In this document: positions 1-10,370 of the stretch, piece after piece
Layout of the letters: each line of letters starts with the position of its first letter
How positions within the stretch are numbered: the first letter of the stretch is position 1
Assembly: GCA_044223975.1 (NCBI GenBank)
Contig: JBGALI010000012.1
Coordinates: 38,422-102,421, forward strand
Length of the DNA: 64,000 nt
Direction of reading: 5' to 3'
From: Phycisphaerales bacterium
Lineage (GTDB): Bacteria; Planctomycetota; Phycisphaerae; Phycisphaerales; UBA1924
Program-made: the position numbers and the translations under genes
The notes under the pieces: model-generated
What the model was told of the DNA's origin: nothing
Databases searched by the model: none
What the model saw: the letters and a program-made list of their open reading frames with translations, nothing else

Positions 1-1538
1 AGGGCGGCGCCGCCGGAGGCGGGTACGCGCAGGTCGTCCCCATGGAGGACTTCAACCTCCACCTTACGGGGGACACGCACGCGGCAGCCTCGGCGAACAA
101 CCTGCTTGCCGCGGCGATCGATACGCGCCTGCTGTACGAAGAGACGCACGCGGATGATCAGGCCCTGGCGGCGGCGCAGTGCAAGAAGGACAGTTCGGGC
201 ACGATCCAATTCGCCCCCCACCACCTGCGTCGGATGGAGCGGCTGGGAATCCGCGCCGCGTCGCCGGCGGAATTGACCCCTGAGCAGGTGCGGGCGGTGT
301 TCCGTCTCGATATCGAGCCGACGTCGATCACGTGGAACCGCGTGCTCGACATCAACGACCGCATGCTGCGGCAGGTGCAGATCGGCCTGGGGAGTGAGGA
401 AAAACTGCCTCGCCAGACCGGGTTCGACATCGCCGTGGCGAGCGAGATCATGGCGGTGCTCGCGCTCAGCACGGGCCTCGAGGACATGCGCGACCGCCTG
501 CGGCGGATGGTGATCGGGATGAGCCGCGACGGTAAGCCGGTCACGGCGGACGACCTCGGGGTGGCGGGCGCACTCACCGTTCTGATGAAAGACGCGATCA
601 TGCCCAACCTCCTCCAGACGCTGGAGGGCACGCCGGTCTTCGTGCACGCGGGGCCGTTCGCGAACATCGCGCACGGCAATTCCTCCATCATCGCCGACCA
701 GATCGCGCTCAAGCTGGCGGACTACGTGGTGACCGAGGCCGGGTTCGGCTCGGACATCGGCTTTGAGAAGTTCGCCAACATCAAGTGCCGCGCGAGCGGG
801 CTGGCGCCGCAGTGCGTCGTGCTGGTGGCGACGATCCGTGCGCTCAAGATGCACGGCGGCGGCCCCAAGGTGGTGGCGGGCAAGCCGCTCGACGAGGTGT
901 ACAAGAAGGAGAACCTCGAGCTGCTCCGCGCGGGATTGCCCAACCTCGAGCGGCACATCCAGAACGCGGTGGCGTACGGCGTGCCGGTCGTGGTGGCGGT
1001 GAACTCGTTCGAGACCGACACGGATGCGGAGGTGAGGCTGGTGCAGAAGGCCTCGATGAGCGCCGGCGCCAAGGCGGCCGTGCGCTGCAGCGTGTGGGCC
1101 GACGGCGGGGCCGGCGCGGCAGACTTGGCCGAGGCCGTGGTCGAGGCCTGCCAGCAGCCCGGCGAGTTTGATTTCCTGTACCCCGGGGACGCGCCCATCA
1201 AGGACAAGATCCTGCGGATCGCCCAAACATACGGCGCTTCCGGCGTCGACTATTCGCCCGAGGCCAGCGCCAAGATTGACCTGTATACTCGCCTTGGGTA
1301 CACGCGGTTCCCCATCTGCATGGCGAAGACGCACCTGTCGTTCTCCGATCAGCCGGAGGCGAAGGGAGCGCCGACGGGGTTCCGCCTGACCATCCGGGAC
1401 GTGCGGGCGTCGGTGGGCGCGGGGTTCATCTACCCGCTGGTCGGCACCATGCGCACCATGCCCGGACTGCCGCCCCGCCCGGCGTTCATCGACGTCGACA
1501 TCGACGTGCAGACCGGACGCGTGCAGGGACTGTTCTGA
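1..1538 (+). CDS. fhs: Formate--tetrahydrofolate ligase (FTHFS), 5'-truncated at the window edge
   Basis: In-frame translation from nt 3 gives [24 protein letters not shown], the conserved FTHFS N-terminal core. The 498-aa ORF-track product is typical FTHFS along its whole length and stops at 1538. Confidence 0.9.
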   Translation, partial: GGAAGGGYAQVVPMEDFNLHLTGDTHAAASANNLLAAAIDTRLLYEETHADDQALAAAQCKKDSSGTIQFAPHHLRRMERLGIRAASPAELTPEQVRAVFRLDIEPTSITWNRVLDINDRMLRQVQIGLGSEEKLPRQTGFDIAVASEIMAVLALSTGLEDMRDRLRRMVIGMSRDGKPVTADDLGVAGALTVLMKDAIMPNLLQTLEGTPVFVHAGPFANIAHGNSSIIADQIALKLADYVVTEAGFGSDIGFEKFANIKCRASGLAPQCVVLVATIRALKMHGGGPKVVAGKPLDEVYKKENLELLRAGLPNLERHIQNAVAYGVPVVVAVNSFETDTDAEVRLVQKASMSAGAKAAVRCSVWADGGAGAADLAEAVVEACQQPGEFDFLYPGDAPIKDKILRIAQTYGASGVDYSPEASAKIDLYTRLGYTRFPICMAKTHLSFSDQPEAKGAPTGFRLTIRDVRASVGAGFIYPLVGTMRTMPGLPPRPAFIDVDIDVQTGRVQGLF

Positions 1539-1625
1539 GGACGATCATCGCTCCGGATCGTCATCGCTGCGTTCAGGCACCGCGCCCTGGCTCGCTTCAG
1601 CTATCCTTCGGACAAGGAGGCACCG

Positions 1626-1979
1626 ATGGCCTTGCCCCGACCGTACGAGGCGATGAAGAATACGCACCCGGCGCTGATGAAGGCGTACGAGGCGTTCGGC
1701 GCCGCGTGCGCGGCTTCGGGACCGCTCGACGCACGCTCCATCGCCATCATCAAGCTCGCCGTCTCCTTCGGGGCGGGGCTGGAGGGCGCGGCGCACTCGC
1801 ACGCCCGGAAGGCTCTGGCCGCGGGCTGGACGGCCGAGGAACTCATGCACGCGGCTCGCCTCTGCGCCCCCACCATCGGCTTCCCGGCCATGATGCGGGC
1901 CCGCCAGTGGGTAGGCGACGTGGTTGAATCTCCGGCGCCGAGATCGCGGAAGGCCCCGAGGAAGACCAAGGGTCGGTAG
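1626..1979 (+). CDS. Carboxymuconolactone decarboxylase (AhpD-like) family protein
   Basis: 117-aa ORF with an AAGGAGG RBS just upstream. The sequence pattern (IKLAVSFGAGLEGAAHSHARKA...EELMHAARLCA) is typical of the CMD/AhpD fold. Confidence 0.6.
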   Translation: MALPRPYEAMKNTHPALMKAYEAFGAACAASGPLDARSIAIIKLAVSFGAGLEGAAHSHARKALAAGWTAEELMHAARLCAPTIGFPAMMRARQWVGDVVESPAPRSRKAPRKTKGR

Positions 1980-2000
1980 CGAGCGTGGGCCGCGACAATC

Positions 2001-3209
2001 ATGGACGCCACCACAACCGCTGATGGGCCTCGTCCGATCGAATCGCCTGCCGGCGCGGTCGCCGCGCTGACGCATCACCTCACCGCGCTAGGCGGAGAAG
2101 ACATCCCCGCGGACCAGGCGGTGGGCAGGGTGCTGGCGAAATCACCCGTGACCGACCGGCCCAGCCCCGCGGCGGACGTGAGCGCGCTGGACGGCTACGC
2201 GGTCTGTGTTCACGATGCCGGCGCTGGTGTGCTGCCCGTAGTGGGCGAATCGCGTGCGGGCTCTCGACCCGACGCGTTCCAGGGCGGGACCGCGATGAAG
2301 ATCAGCACCGGTGCGATCGTGCCCCATGGGGCGGACGCGATCGTTCGGCGGGAGGACTGTGAGCACCGAGACGGGCGCATCTACTTCACGCAGGCGGTCC
2401 ATTCCGGCGCGGGCGTCCGCCGCCAAGGCGAGAACGCCGCGGCGGGGGCACCGCTGGGCAGGGCCGGTGATCTCGTCACGCCCGCACTGGCCGGGGCGTG
2501 CGCGATGTTCGGGGCTCGGCGTGTCGCCGTCCACCGGCGCGTTCGGATCGCGATTCTCGTCACCGGCGACGAGGTGATCGATGCAGCCGAGTCTCTCGCG
2601 CCGTGGCAGCTCCGCGACTCTAACGGCCCGGCGCTGCGGGCCATGCTGGGCAGCTCGCCCTGGGTCGAAGTCACATCGCACGAGCGAACCGGCGACGACT
2701 CTGACGCCACTCGCAGTTCGCTTCGGAAAGGGATTGAACGAGCGGACCTCCTGCTGGTCACGGGCGGCGTTTCGGTCGGCGAGCACGACGTTGTGCCCGC
2801 GGCGCTGAGCGAACTGGGAGCAAGGACAGTGTTCCATCGCCTGAAGCAGCGCCCGGGCAGGCCGGCGCTCGGCGCGGTCCTCCCGGGCGGGAAGGCCGTC
2901 CTGGCGCTGCCGGGGAACCCCGTCTCGGTACTGGTCACGGCGCGCCGGATGGCTCGCCCGGTCGCGGCCCACATGGCGGGGATTCGGGAGGGCGAACGCA
3001 CGCACGTCGTCCGCATTCGCGGGCACGATCGACCGCTCGATCTCTGGTGGCATCGGCTGGCCCGTCTGGTGGCTCCGGGCGTGGCGGAGGTCTGCGACGG
3101 CAAAGGCTCCGGCGACCTGATCGCGGCCGCGGCGAGCAACGGGTTCGTTGAGATCCCGCCCGGCGAGACTTCGGACGGCCCGTGGCCGTTCTACCCGTGG
3201 GCGTGGTGA
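2001..3209 (+). CDS. moeA: Molybdopterin molybdotransferase MoeA
   Basis: 402 aa with the MoeA hallmark LDGYAV and a C-terminal GGVSVGEHDVVP MoCF-biosynthesis domain. Confidence 0.85.
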   Translation: MDATTTADGPRPIESPAGAVAALTHHLTALGGEDIPADQAVGRVLAKSPVTDRPSPAADVSALDGYAVCVHDAGAGVLPVVGESRAGSRPDAFQGGTAMKISTGAIVPHGADAIVRREDCEHRDGRIYFTQAVHSGAGVRRQGENAAAGAPLGRAGDLVTPALAGACAMFGARRVAVHRRVRIAILVTGDEVIDAAESLAPWQLRDSNGPALRAMLGSSPWVEVTSHERTGDDSDATRSSLRKGIERADLLLVTGGVSVGEHDVVPAALSELGARTVFHRLKQRPGRPALGAVLPGGKAVLALPGNPVSVLVTARRMARPVAAHMAGIREGERTHVVRIRGHDRPLDLWWHRLARLVAPGVAEVCDGKGSGDLIAAAASNGFVEIPPGETSDGPWPFYPWAW

Positions 3210-3226
3210 ACCCCCAGGAGCGCGGC

Positions 3227-3826
3227 ATGGAACCTGTGCAGCCCATCGTGCTCGTCGGCGGCAGCAGCCGGCGCTTTGGGCGGGACAAGCTCCGGGAACC
3301 GCTTTCCGCCGCCAATGACGAATGGCTCGTCGATCGCTCGATCGCGGCGCTGCGGGCCGTGTTCGGACCCGTGGTAAAACTCGTGGGGCGGTGCGATCCG
3401 CTCGTGCTGGCGCGTGGTGACGGCGGGATCGAAGACACGTACGCGGATCGCGGCCCGATCGGAGGAATCGTGTCGGCGCTGGAACAGGGGCGTGCGGCCT
3501 TTGTGCTGGCGGGAGATCTGCCGAACATCACCGCCGACGTTGTGTTCAGGATCATGACAAGCGCGGCGCACGCCCCCACCGCCTGGGCGGTCCTCGCGCG
3601 ATCCGATCGACTTGAGCCATGCGTAGGTCTGTACCGCTCAGCAGCTCTGCCTGCGCTCACGTCCCGCCTCCATGACGCTGCGGGACGCCGGAGCCTGCAC
3701 GATGCGCTTCCCGCGGAGCATGTCGTGGGCGTCGAGTGCGGCTCGGAGCATCTCGTGAACGCCAACGTGCCGGAAGATCTCGCAACAACCGCCAACCACA
3801 GACCCACGCGGCAAGCACCCGGCTAG
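3227..3826 (+). CDS. mobA: Molybdenum cofactor guanylyltransferase MobA
   Basis: N-terminal LVGGSSRRFGRDKL matches the MobA nucleotide-binding motif LAGGxSxRMGxDK. The internal ATG at 3227 follows the moeA stop. Confidence 0.8.
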   Translation: MEPVQPIVLVGGSSRRFGRDKLREPLSAANDEWLVDRSIAALRAVFGPVVKLVGRCDPLVLARGDGGIEDTYADRGPIGGIVSALEQGRAAFVLAGDLPNITADVVFRIMTSAAHAPTAWAVLARSDRLEPCVGLYRSAALPALTSRLHDAAGRRSLHDALPAEHVVGVECGSEHLVNANVPEDLATTANHRPTRQAPG

Positions 3827-3836
3827 CCTTCCCTCA

Positions 3837-4682
3837 ATGACAGGCGAGAGCGAGCAATTCACGGTGCGGAGTTTCGAGCAGGGCCGGCTGGGCCCGGCTC
3901 GGAGCGATGACCTCGCCGTTGAAGAGCCGCTCGAAATCCGCGTGGCCGGCCGGCCTGTGAGCGTCACGATGCGCACGCCCGGGCACGATGACGAACTCGC
4001 CGCGGGCTTTCTGCTGGGCGAAGGGATCGTGCGACGGCGCGAGGACATCGGGCACATCCGTCGCTGCCCCGAAGCCGCGGACGGCGGTGTGATCGACGTG
4101 CTGGTCAGCCCCGGGGTCGCGGTGGACTTTGCCGCGCTGACGCGCCACGTGTTCGCGTCGTCGAGCTGCGGCGTGTGCGGGCTGGCCTCGATCGACGCGG
4201 TGCGGAAGCGCCTTCCCGGCGTGGAGTCTCGAGTGTCCATCCGCGCTCAGACCCTGCTGGCATTGCCGGGCCGCCTGCGACAGACGCAGCCCACATTCGA
4301 TGCCACGGGCGGACTCCACGCCGCGGGGCTCTTCGATGGCGCGGGCACCCTGCTGGTATCGCGCGAAGACGTCGGCCGGCACAACGCGGTGGACAAGGTG
4401 GTGGGCCACGCGCTACTTCACGCGATGGTCCCCCTTTCGTCGCACGTGCTGCTCGTGAGCGGCCGTGCCAGCTTCGAGATCGTTCAGAAAGCCCTCGCGG
4501 CAGGGATTTCGATCATCGCGGCGGTCTCCGCCCCCTCGTCCCTCGCGGTCGAACTCGCCGAGGAAGCGGGCATCACGCTCGCGGGCTTCCTCCGTCCGGG
4601 CCGGTTCAACGTGTACGCGCATGCGCACCGCATCGACACGGGCGATCAGGCGGGCGCGAGCGAGACCGCGATCACCTTGTAG
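3837..4682 (+). CDS. fdhD: Formate dehydrogenase accessory sulfurtransferase FdhD
   Basis: 281 aa with the GRHNAVDKVVGHALL motif characteristic of FdhD. It converges on the formate dehydrogenase genes. Confidence 0.85.
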   Translation: MTGESEQFTVRSFEQGRLGPARSDDLAVEEPLEIRVAGRPVSVTMRTPGHDDELAAGFLLGEGIVRRREDIGHIRRCPEAADGGVIDVLVSPGVAVDFAALTRHVFASSSCGVCGLASIDAVRKRLPGVESRVSIRAQTLLALPGRLRQTQPTFDATGGLHAAGLFDGAGTLLVSREDVGRHNAVDKVVGHALLHAMVPLSSHVLLVSGRASFEIVQKALAAGISIIAAVSAPSSLAVELAEEAGITLAGFLRPGRFNVYAHAHRIDTGDQAGASETAITL

Positions 4683-7315
4683 TCGGGGCACTTGCTGGTC
4701 GGGTCCACGTACGGGCCGACGACGCAGTTGGTACCCGTCTCGGGGAAGTGAAACGTCAGGAACACCACGCCCGGCGTGGACCGGCGCGTAACTCTCGCGG
4801 GCGCGACGGCCTCGCCCCAGCGGCTTCGCACACGTACCGGCTCGCCGTCGGCGATCGTGAGGCGTGCCGCGTCCTCGGGGTGTACTTCGAGGTAATCCGC
4901 CGGAATGATCTGGCTCGTGGGCGTGCGCCGCGTCATGGTTCCGACGTTGTAGTGCTCGAGCACGCGCCCGGTGATGAGCACGAAGGGATGGCCGGCATCG
5001 AGAGCGTCCTGTGGCGGGCTGAAATCGACGCTGGTGAGCAGCGCCTTGCCCCGCACAAAGCCGCTCTGGTGGACGGTGCGCGTGCCGGGGTGGTCGGGCG
5101 TGGGGCAGGGCCACTGCACGCCGTCGGTCTCGATCCGCGGGTACGACACGCCGCCGAACAAATGCGGCACCGCCCGGGCAACCTCGTCCCAGACCTCGGA
5201 CGGACGCGTGTAGTGCCACGGCGCGCCCATGGCGGCGCCGACATCGCGGATGACCTCCCAGTCGGGGCGAGCCAGGCCGGGCGGCGCCACCGCGGGGCGC
5301 ACGTGCTGAACCCGGCGCTCACCGTTGGTAAACGTGCCTTCCTGCTCGAGCACAGCGGCCGCGGGGAACACGACATGAGCCAGGCTCGCGGTCTCCGTCA
5401 TGAACAGTTCCTGCACGATCAGCAGGTCGAGGCTCTTGAGCGCGCGGATGACGTGGTCGTGGTTGGGGTCGCTCTGCGCGACATCCTCGCCCTGGATCCA
5501 CAGGGCGCGCAGCGAGCCCTGCGTCGCCGCGTCGTACATCTCTGGGATCGTCTTGCCGGGTTCGCGTGGCGGCGCGGTGCCCCAGAGCTTTTCCAGGCGC
5601 GACCGGGCGACTTCATCATCGAGCCGCAAATACCCGGTGAGCGAGTAGGGCTGCGAGCCCATGTCGGCGTTGCCCTGCACGTTGTTCTGGCCGCGGAGCG
5701 GGAGCATGCCCGATCCTCGTTTGCCGAGCGATCCCGTGAGCAGCCCCAAGTTGCAATACGCCATTACTCCCGCGACGCCCTGCGTCTGCTCCGAGAGCCC
5801 AAGGCCGCTCACGAAGAGGGCCGGACCCTGCGCGATGATGCGTGCCGCGGCCCGCACGCGGTCGAGGGGGACACGGGTGATCGCACCGAATTCCTCGTGC
5901 GTCTGGCGGGCGAGGAAGCTCTGCAATTCCGCGAGGCCTTCACACCGCTCGCCCACGTACGCGCGGTCGAGCAGGTCTTCCTCGAGGATGACCTTCGCGA
6001 TCGCGTTGAAGAGCGCGACGTTGGTGCCCGGCCACAGCTGGAGATGAACGGCCGCGAACTGGGCCAGTTCGATCCGGCGCGGGTCGATGACCACGAGAGG
6101 CGCGCCGAGCAGCGCCGCCTGCTTGATGCGGGCCCCAACGACCGGGTGCGCCTCGGTGGGATTGCTCCCTGCGACCACGATGCACCGGGCCTCGGGGATG
6201 TCGTCGTACGACGCGGTAGCCGCTCCCGTGCCGGTCACGGCGCTGAGCGCCACGGCCGTCGAAGAATGGCACACCCGCGCACAGCAGTCGGTGTTGTTGG
6301 TGCCGATCGTCGCGCGGAAGAGTTTCTGCAGCAGGTACGCGGCTTCGTTGGTGCTGCGCGACGAGGTCATGGTGCCCAGCGCGTCCGGGCCGTGCCTGTC
6401 CTTGATTTCCAGCAGTCGCCGGGCCGTGAACCGGATCGCTTCCTCCCAGCCGACGGGGCGCAACGGGCCGCCGCCGTCGCGGATCATCGGCGTGGTCAGT
6501 CGATCCGGCGAGTGGTGGTACGCGTGCGAGTACCGCCCTTTCACGCACAGGTGCCCGTGATTCACCGCGGCATCGTCGACGCCTCGGATCCGTAGCACCA
6601 CGCCGTGCGACGCTTCCGTGTGCGTGCGGCACCCCACGCCGCAGTACCCGCACACCGAGTCCACCGCCGTGTCGGCCGCCGCGCGTGAAATCCGATCGCG
6701 GTCGGTGATCGCGCCGGTTGGGCACACCGCGACGCAGGCCCCGCACGAGACGCAGTCGCTGTCGGAGAATTGCTCGGTCGCGCCGAAGATCAGCCGGGAC
6801 TTTCCGCCGCGTCCCTCGACGCCGTACACGAACTGTCCCTGCGTCTGCTCGCATGCGTTCAGGCACAGCCGGCACGTGATGCACTTGTCGCGATCGAAGC
6901 GCATGTAGGGATGGCTCGCGTCCAGCACGGCCGGCGCGGCGTGGTGCCCGAACGAACTGTGCTCAAGCCCGTGATCGGCCAGCAGCCGCTCCATCACGGT
7001 CCCGTCCGCGCGTGGGGATATCGCGCCAGGCGGCGTTGAGGACAGCGTGAGGTCGAGCAGGTCGCGCCGGACCTGACGCAGGTGCGGCGTGGCGGTGCGG
7101 ACGGTCATGCCCGGCCGCACCGGCGTGTGACAGGCCGCCTGGGCGCGCTGTCCCTCGATCTCGACAAGGCACATGCGGCAGCCGCCCTCGGCCTCCATCC
7201 CGGCGCCGTGGCAGAGCGCCGGGATTTCGATCTCATTCCGCTGCGCGGCCGCGAGAATGGTCTCTCCCGGCAGGATCTCGATCGAACGCCCGTCAATGGT
7301 GGCAACGCCTTTCAT
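4646..7315 (-). CDS. NAD-dependent formate dehydrogenase alpha subunit (molybdopterin oxidoreductase with N-terminal 2Fe-2S/4Fe-4S ferredoxin-like domains)
   Basis: The true start MKGVATIDGRSIEILPGE lies at ATG 7315..7313, inside the longer track ORF. Cys clusters of NuoG-like Fe-S domains are followed by a molybdopterin oxidoreductase and a C-terminal MopB-binding domain. The start overlaps the upstream stop (ATGA). Confidence 0.85.
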   Translation of the reverse strand: MKGVATIDGRSIEILPGETILAAAQRNEIEIPALCHGAGMEAEGGCRMCLVEIEGQRAQAACHTPVRPGMTVRTATPHLRQVRRDLLDLTLSSTPPGAISPRADGTVMERLLADHGLEHSSFGHHAAPAVLDASHPYMRFDRDKCITCRLCLNACEQTQGQFVYGVEGRGGKSRLIFGATEQFSDSDCVSCGACVAVCPTGAITDRDRISRAAADTAVDSVCGYCGVGCRTHTEASHGVVLRIRGVDDAAVNHGHLCVKGRYSHAYHHSPDRLTTPMIRDGGGPLRPVGWEEAIRFTARRLLEIKDRHGPDALGTMTSSRSTNEAAYLLQKLFRATIGTNNTDCCARVCHSSTAVALSAVTGTGAATASYDDIPEARCIVVAGSNPTEAHPVVGARIKQAALLGAPLVVIDPRRIELAQFAAVHLQLWPGTNVALFNAIAKVILEEDLLDRAYVGERCEGLAELQSFLARQTHEEFGAITRVPLDRVRAAARIIAQGPALFVSGLGLSEQTQGVAGVMAYCNLGLLTGSLGKRGSGMLPLRGQNNVQGNADMGSQPYSLTGYLRLDDEVARSRLEKLWGTAPPREPGKTIPEMYDAATQGSLRALWIQGEDVAQSDPNHDHVIRALKSLDLLIVQELFMTETASLAHVVFPAAAVLEQEGTFTNGERRVQHVRPAVAPPGLARPDWEVIRDVGAAMGAPWHYTRPSEVWDEVARAVPHLFGGVSYPRIETDGVQWPCPTPDHPGTRTVHQSGFVRGKALLTSVDFSPPQDALDAGHPFVLITGRVLEHYNVGTMTRRTPTSQIIPADYLEVHPEDAARLTIADGEPVRVRSRWGEAVAPARVTRRSTPGVVFLTFHFPETGTNCVVGPYVDPTSKCPDYKVIAVSLAPA

Positions 7316-8976
7316 GGGCGAGCCTCCGTCACGACGTGCGTGCCGAATTTCTCGAGGACGGTCTCCACGGGGCCGGGCGTCTCGCGGCCAAAAGCGCACA
7401 AGCTCGCTTCCTTCATGAGGGCGAGGATCCGCCGGAATGCCGGAAGGATTTCCGCGCTCAATCCGGCCTTGGCCATCTCGTGGGCCCGGCGCGTCCCGAG
7501 CCGGCACGGAACGCACTTGCCGCACGACTCCTCTTCCATGAACGTCAGCAGGTGCCGCAGCATCGCGGGCCAACTCGTACCCTTGGGTATCGCGACCAGC
7601 CCGCCGTGCCCGAGGTTGATCTTGCGTCGACCCATCGCGGTGAAGCACACCGGCGCATCCCACTGGTCCGGTGTCACGATGCTGCCCATCGGCCCGCCGA
7701 GCAGCACGGCTTCGAGTTCCTGCCCGTCCGCGCCGCCGCCCGCCGATCGCTCGATCAACTCTCGAAGCGTCACGCCGAACTCGACCTCGACAATCCCCGG
7801 CTTGGCAAAGCCGCGGTTGAGGCACACGGCCTTGGTACCCTTGCTGTCGGCGGTGCCCATCGCGGCGAACGCCTCAGCGCCGTTGGCGATGATCCACGAC
7901 ACGTTCACCAGCGTTTCGACGTTATCGACGACCGTCGGCTTGCCGTACAGACCGTGCTCGACCGGGTACGGCGGCCGCGGCCGCACCTCGCCTCGGAACC
8001 CCTCGATCGCGCTGAGCAGGGCGGTCTCCTCACCGCAGACGTAGCTTCCCATGCCGCGGACGACGCGCACGTGGAACGACCGGTTCGCCCCGAGGCAATG
8101 CTCTCCAAGCACCCCCGCGGCCGTCGCGTCCGCGATCGCCCGCTCCATGATCTCGGCGGCCTTGGGATACTCCGAGCGGATAAACACCACGCCGAACTCC
8201 GCGCCGACGGCGTGCCCGCAGATCGCCATGCCCTCGAGAATCCCGTGCGGGTCGCGCTCCATGAGCTCGCGGTCAATGAACGAGCCGGGATCGCCCTCAT
8301 CGCCGTTGGCCACGACGAACTTGGGGACCCCCCGCGCCTGCGCCGCCAATCGCCATTTCTGCCCTGTCGGGTATGCCGCGCCGCCGCGCCCGCGCACGCC
8401 GGAGGCGATGACGCTTTCAACGACCTCGCGCGGCTCCATGCCGAGAGCCGTTCGCAGGCCGGCGTACTCGGGAAAGGGCCGGTCAGCGGCGTTCGTAGCG
8501 AGCAGCCTCGCCGTGACGATCGCCGCGCGGGCCTCGCAGCGCACGCTCGGGGGCGCGGGGTGAACCACCGCGCGATCGTGAACGAGAACCTCCACGTCCG
8601 CCGCGGTGACCGGCGCAATCACGCACCCCGACGCGGTCATCGCGGCCGGAGAGCGGTCGCAGTAGCCCAGGCAATACACCGGCGTGCAGCCCGCACCCTT
8701 GGCGATCTCGCGCCCGATCGCGGGCCCGCCGGCCATCGCGCACGATGTTCCGGCGCACACGCGCACGGCCGCGGGATCGTGCTGAACATCCGTGTACGAC
8801 GAGAGCGACCCGCGCACGCTCGCGACCGGCAGGTGCACGGTCTTGGCGAGGGCCGCCAGCCCCTCAGGGCCGTGGATTGCACGGTGCGCCACCGCTTGGC
8901 GCATCTCCGGCAGGGCCGGCTCGAACTGCGACTCGGGCGAGTGCGTGGCGCGGTACGCTCTGCTTCGCGTGCTCAT
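7312..8976 (-). CDS. Formate dehydrogenase beta subunit, fused NuoE-like (2Fe-2S thioredoxin-like) + NuoF-like (FMN/NADH, 4Fe-4S) domains
   Basis: 554 aa. The N-terminus has a NuoE-type Cys pattern (CAGTSCAMAGG...CLGYCDRSPA). The body is NuoF-like with a C-terminal SCGKCVPCRLGT 4Fe-4S motif. It is translationally coupled to the alpha subunit. Confidence 0.8.
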   Translation of the reverse strand: MSTRSRAYRATHSPESQFEPALPEMRQAVAHRAIHGPEGLAALAKTVHLPVASVRGSLSSYTDVQHDPAAVRVCAGTSCAMAGGPAIGREIAKGAGCTPVYCLGYCDRSPAAMTASGCVIAPVTAADVEVLVHDRAVVHPAPPSVRCEARAAIVTARLLATNAADRPFPEYAGLRTALGMEPREVVESVIASGVRGRGGAAYPTGQKWRLAAQARGVPKFVVANGDEGDPGSFIDRELMERDPHGILEGMAICGHAVGAEFGVVFIRSEYPKAAEIMERAIADATAAGVLGEHCLGANRSFHVRVVRGMGSYVCGEETALLSAIEGFRGEVRPRPPYPVEHGLYGKPTVVDNVETLVNVSWIIANGAEAFAAMGTADSKGTKAVCLNRGFAKPGIVEVEFGVTLRELIERSAGGGADGQELEAVLLGGPMGSIVTPDQWDAPVCFTAMGRRKINLGHGGLVAIPKGTSWPAMLRHLLTFMEEESCGKCVPCRLGTRRAHEMAKAGLSAEILPAFRRILALMKEASLCAFGRETPGPVETVLEKFGTHVVTEARP

Positions 8977-9240
8977 CGGCCCTCTTCCTTTGCGGAATCA
9001 CCTGCCGCGTAGCCGGCCGCACAACAGTATCACGAATACAGGATTCGAGCATCCGCAAGTAACGCGGGACCAGATGGTGCTGCCTGGGCGCACGTGCGGA
9101 CCTCCGCGACCGCGCGGCCATGACACACCCGGCGCAGGCACCGTACACAAAGGCACACGGCACAGATGCCCCGGTCGGGGCTGCAAAACGCTGGATTTTC
9201 TGGATCGGCCGCTACTGCACCGGGGCGTATCAAAGCCGAA

Positions 9241-9313
9241 ATGGGCAGAGCCGGACTTGAACCGGCGACACCCGCATTTTCAATGCGGTGCTCTACCAAC
9301 TGAGCTACCTGCC
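9241..9313 (-). tRNA. tRNA-Phe (anticodon GAA)
   Basis: The reverse complement folds as a canonical cloverleaf: GGGCAGG/TA/GCTC-AGTTGGTA-GAGC/A/CCGCA-TTGAAAA-TGCGG/GTGTC/GCCGG-TTCAAGT-CCGGC/TCTGCCC/A. Confidence 0.85.
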
Positions 9314-9533
9314 CGACGCCCGGAAGCGTAACCCCAACAGGGAAGGGGTCAAGCCGTGCATCAATAGTCGGGCAGATGGCAGGGGGGCTGAAGCCGGGGG
9401 TTCGGGGCAATCCGATATGCTTGACGGCAACGCGATCGCCGGGTCATGGCGGCCGCGGCCGGGCGGTCGGTCGCGTGGTCGATACGCCTCAAATCCGTTC
9501 GCGGCGGACAGGAACGGCCGAAACACCACCCGC

Positions 9534-10370
9534 ATGACGGTCACCCCAGCACAGCACGGCAATAACCCCGGGGTCCTGCTGGCGGTCCGGGGACTGCGGG
9601 TCGGATTTCCGGGCCGCGCGGGCCTTCTCCAACGCGCGAAAGCTCACATGGCGGTGGACGACGTTTCATTCGAGCTTGGTGCGGGAGAAACGCTTGGTCT
9701 GGTCGGGGAGTCGGGGAGCGGCAAGACGACCGTGGGACGCGCCGTCCTGCGGCTTATCCCGCGGACGGGGGGCGAGATTGTGTTCGACGGGTCTGACGTC
9801 GGCACGCTGAAGGGCCCCTCGTTAAAGTCGTTCCGCAGGCGTGCCCAGATCATCTTTCAGGATCCGGGCGGCTCGCTCGACCCGCGGTTCCGCGTGTGGG
9901 AGACGGTCGCCGAGCCGCTGCTCGTGCACGGGCTGGCGCGCGGGCGCGACGAGCTGCGCTCCAAGGCGGCGGCCGCGCTCGAGCGGTGCGGCCTGGATTC
10001 CGGCGCGCTCGACCGTTACCCGCACCAGTTCTCCGGGGGGCAGCGCCAGCGCGTGGCGATCGCCCGGGCCCTCGTGCTCTCGCCGGCGCTGGTGGTATGC
10101 GACGAGCCGACATCGGCGCTGGACGTGTCGGTGCAGGCCCAGGTGCTCAACCTCCTGAGCGACCTCCAACGCGAGCTCGGGATGGCGTACCTGTTCATCA
10201 GCCACGACCTGGGAGTGGTCGGGCACATGTGTCACCGGATCGCCGTGATGCGTGCTGGACGCATCGTTGAGATCGGCGACCGCGACGAGGTTCTCGAAAG
10301 ACCGCGCGAGCCCTACACCCGATCCCTGCTCGGCGCCGCCTCGGCGGGCGCCGGGGCCGCCACCACGTGA
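9534..10370 (+). CDS. ABC transporter ATP-binding protein, DppF/OppF type with C-terminal oligopeptide-ABC extension
   Basis: Walker [10 protein letters not shown], signature LSGGQRQR, Walker [13 protein letters not shown] and a C-terminal [15 protein letters not shown] tail. There is no adjacent permease or solute-binding gene. Confidence 0.8.
   Translation: MTVTPAQHGNNPGVLLAVRGLRVGFPGRAGLLQRAKAHMAVDDVSFELGAGETLGLVGESGSGKTTVGRAVLRLIPRTGGEIVFDGSDVGTLKGPSLKSFRRRAQIIFQDPGGSLDPRFRVWETVAEPLLVHGLARGRDELRSKAAAALERCGLDSGALDRYPHQFSGGQRQRVAIARALVLSPALVVCDEPTSALDVSVQAQVLNLLSDLQRELGMAYLFISHDLGVVGHMCHRIAVMRAGRIVEIGDRDEVLERPREPYTRSLLGAASAGAGAATT

Noticed and set aside
4175-6595. 806-aa plus-strand ORF antisense to the formate dehydrogenase alpha gene. 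Similar long antisense ORFs include 7336..9012, 11806..13179, 14337..16553, 17276..18530, 18667..20070, 20254..21612, 30566..32119, 36080..37546, 51667..54909 and 62440..63654.
   Set aside because: Their products are Arg/Gly/Pro/Ala-rich low-complexity with no domain signatures, and each lies opposite a gene with clear family motifs. This is the expected open-frame artefact of about 70% GC DNA.
9030-9410. 126-aa minus-strand ORF covering tRNA-Phe
   Set aside because: It overlaps a well-formed tRNA and has no RBS or recognisable protein features. Likewise, 30228..30476 simply translates the reverse complement of tRNA-Met.
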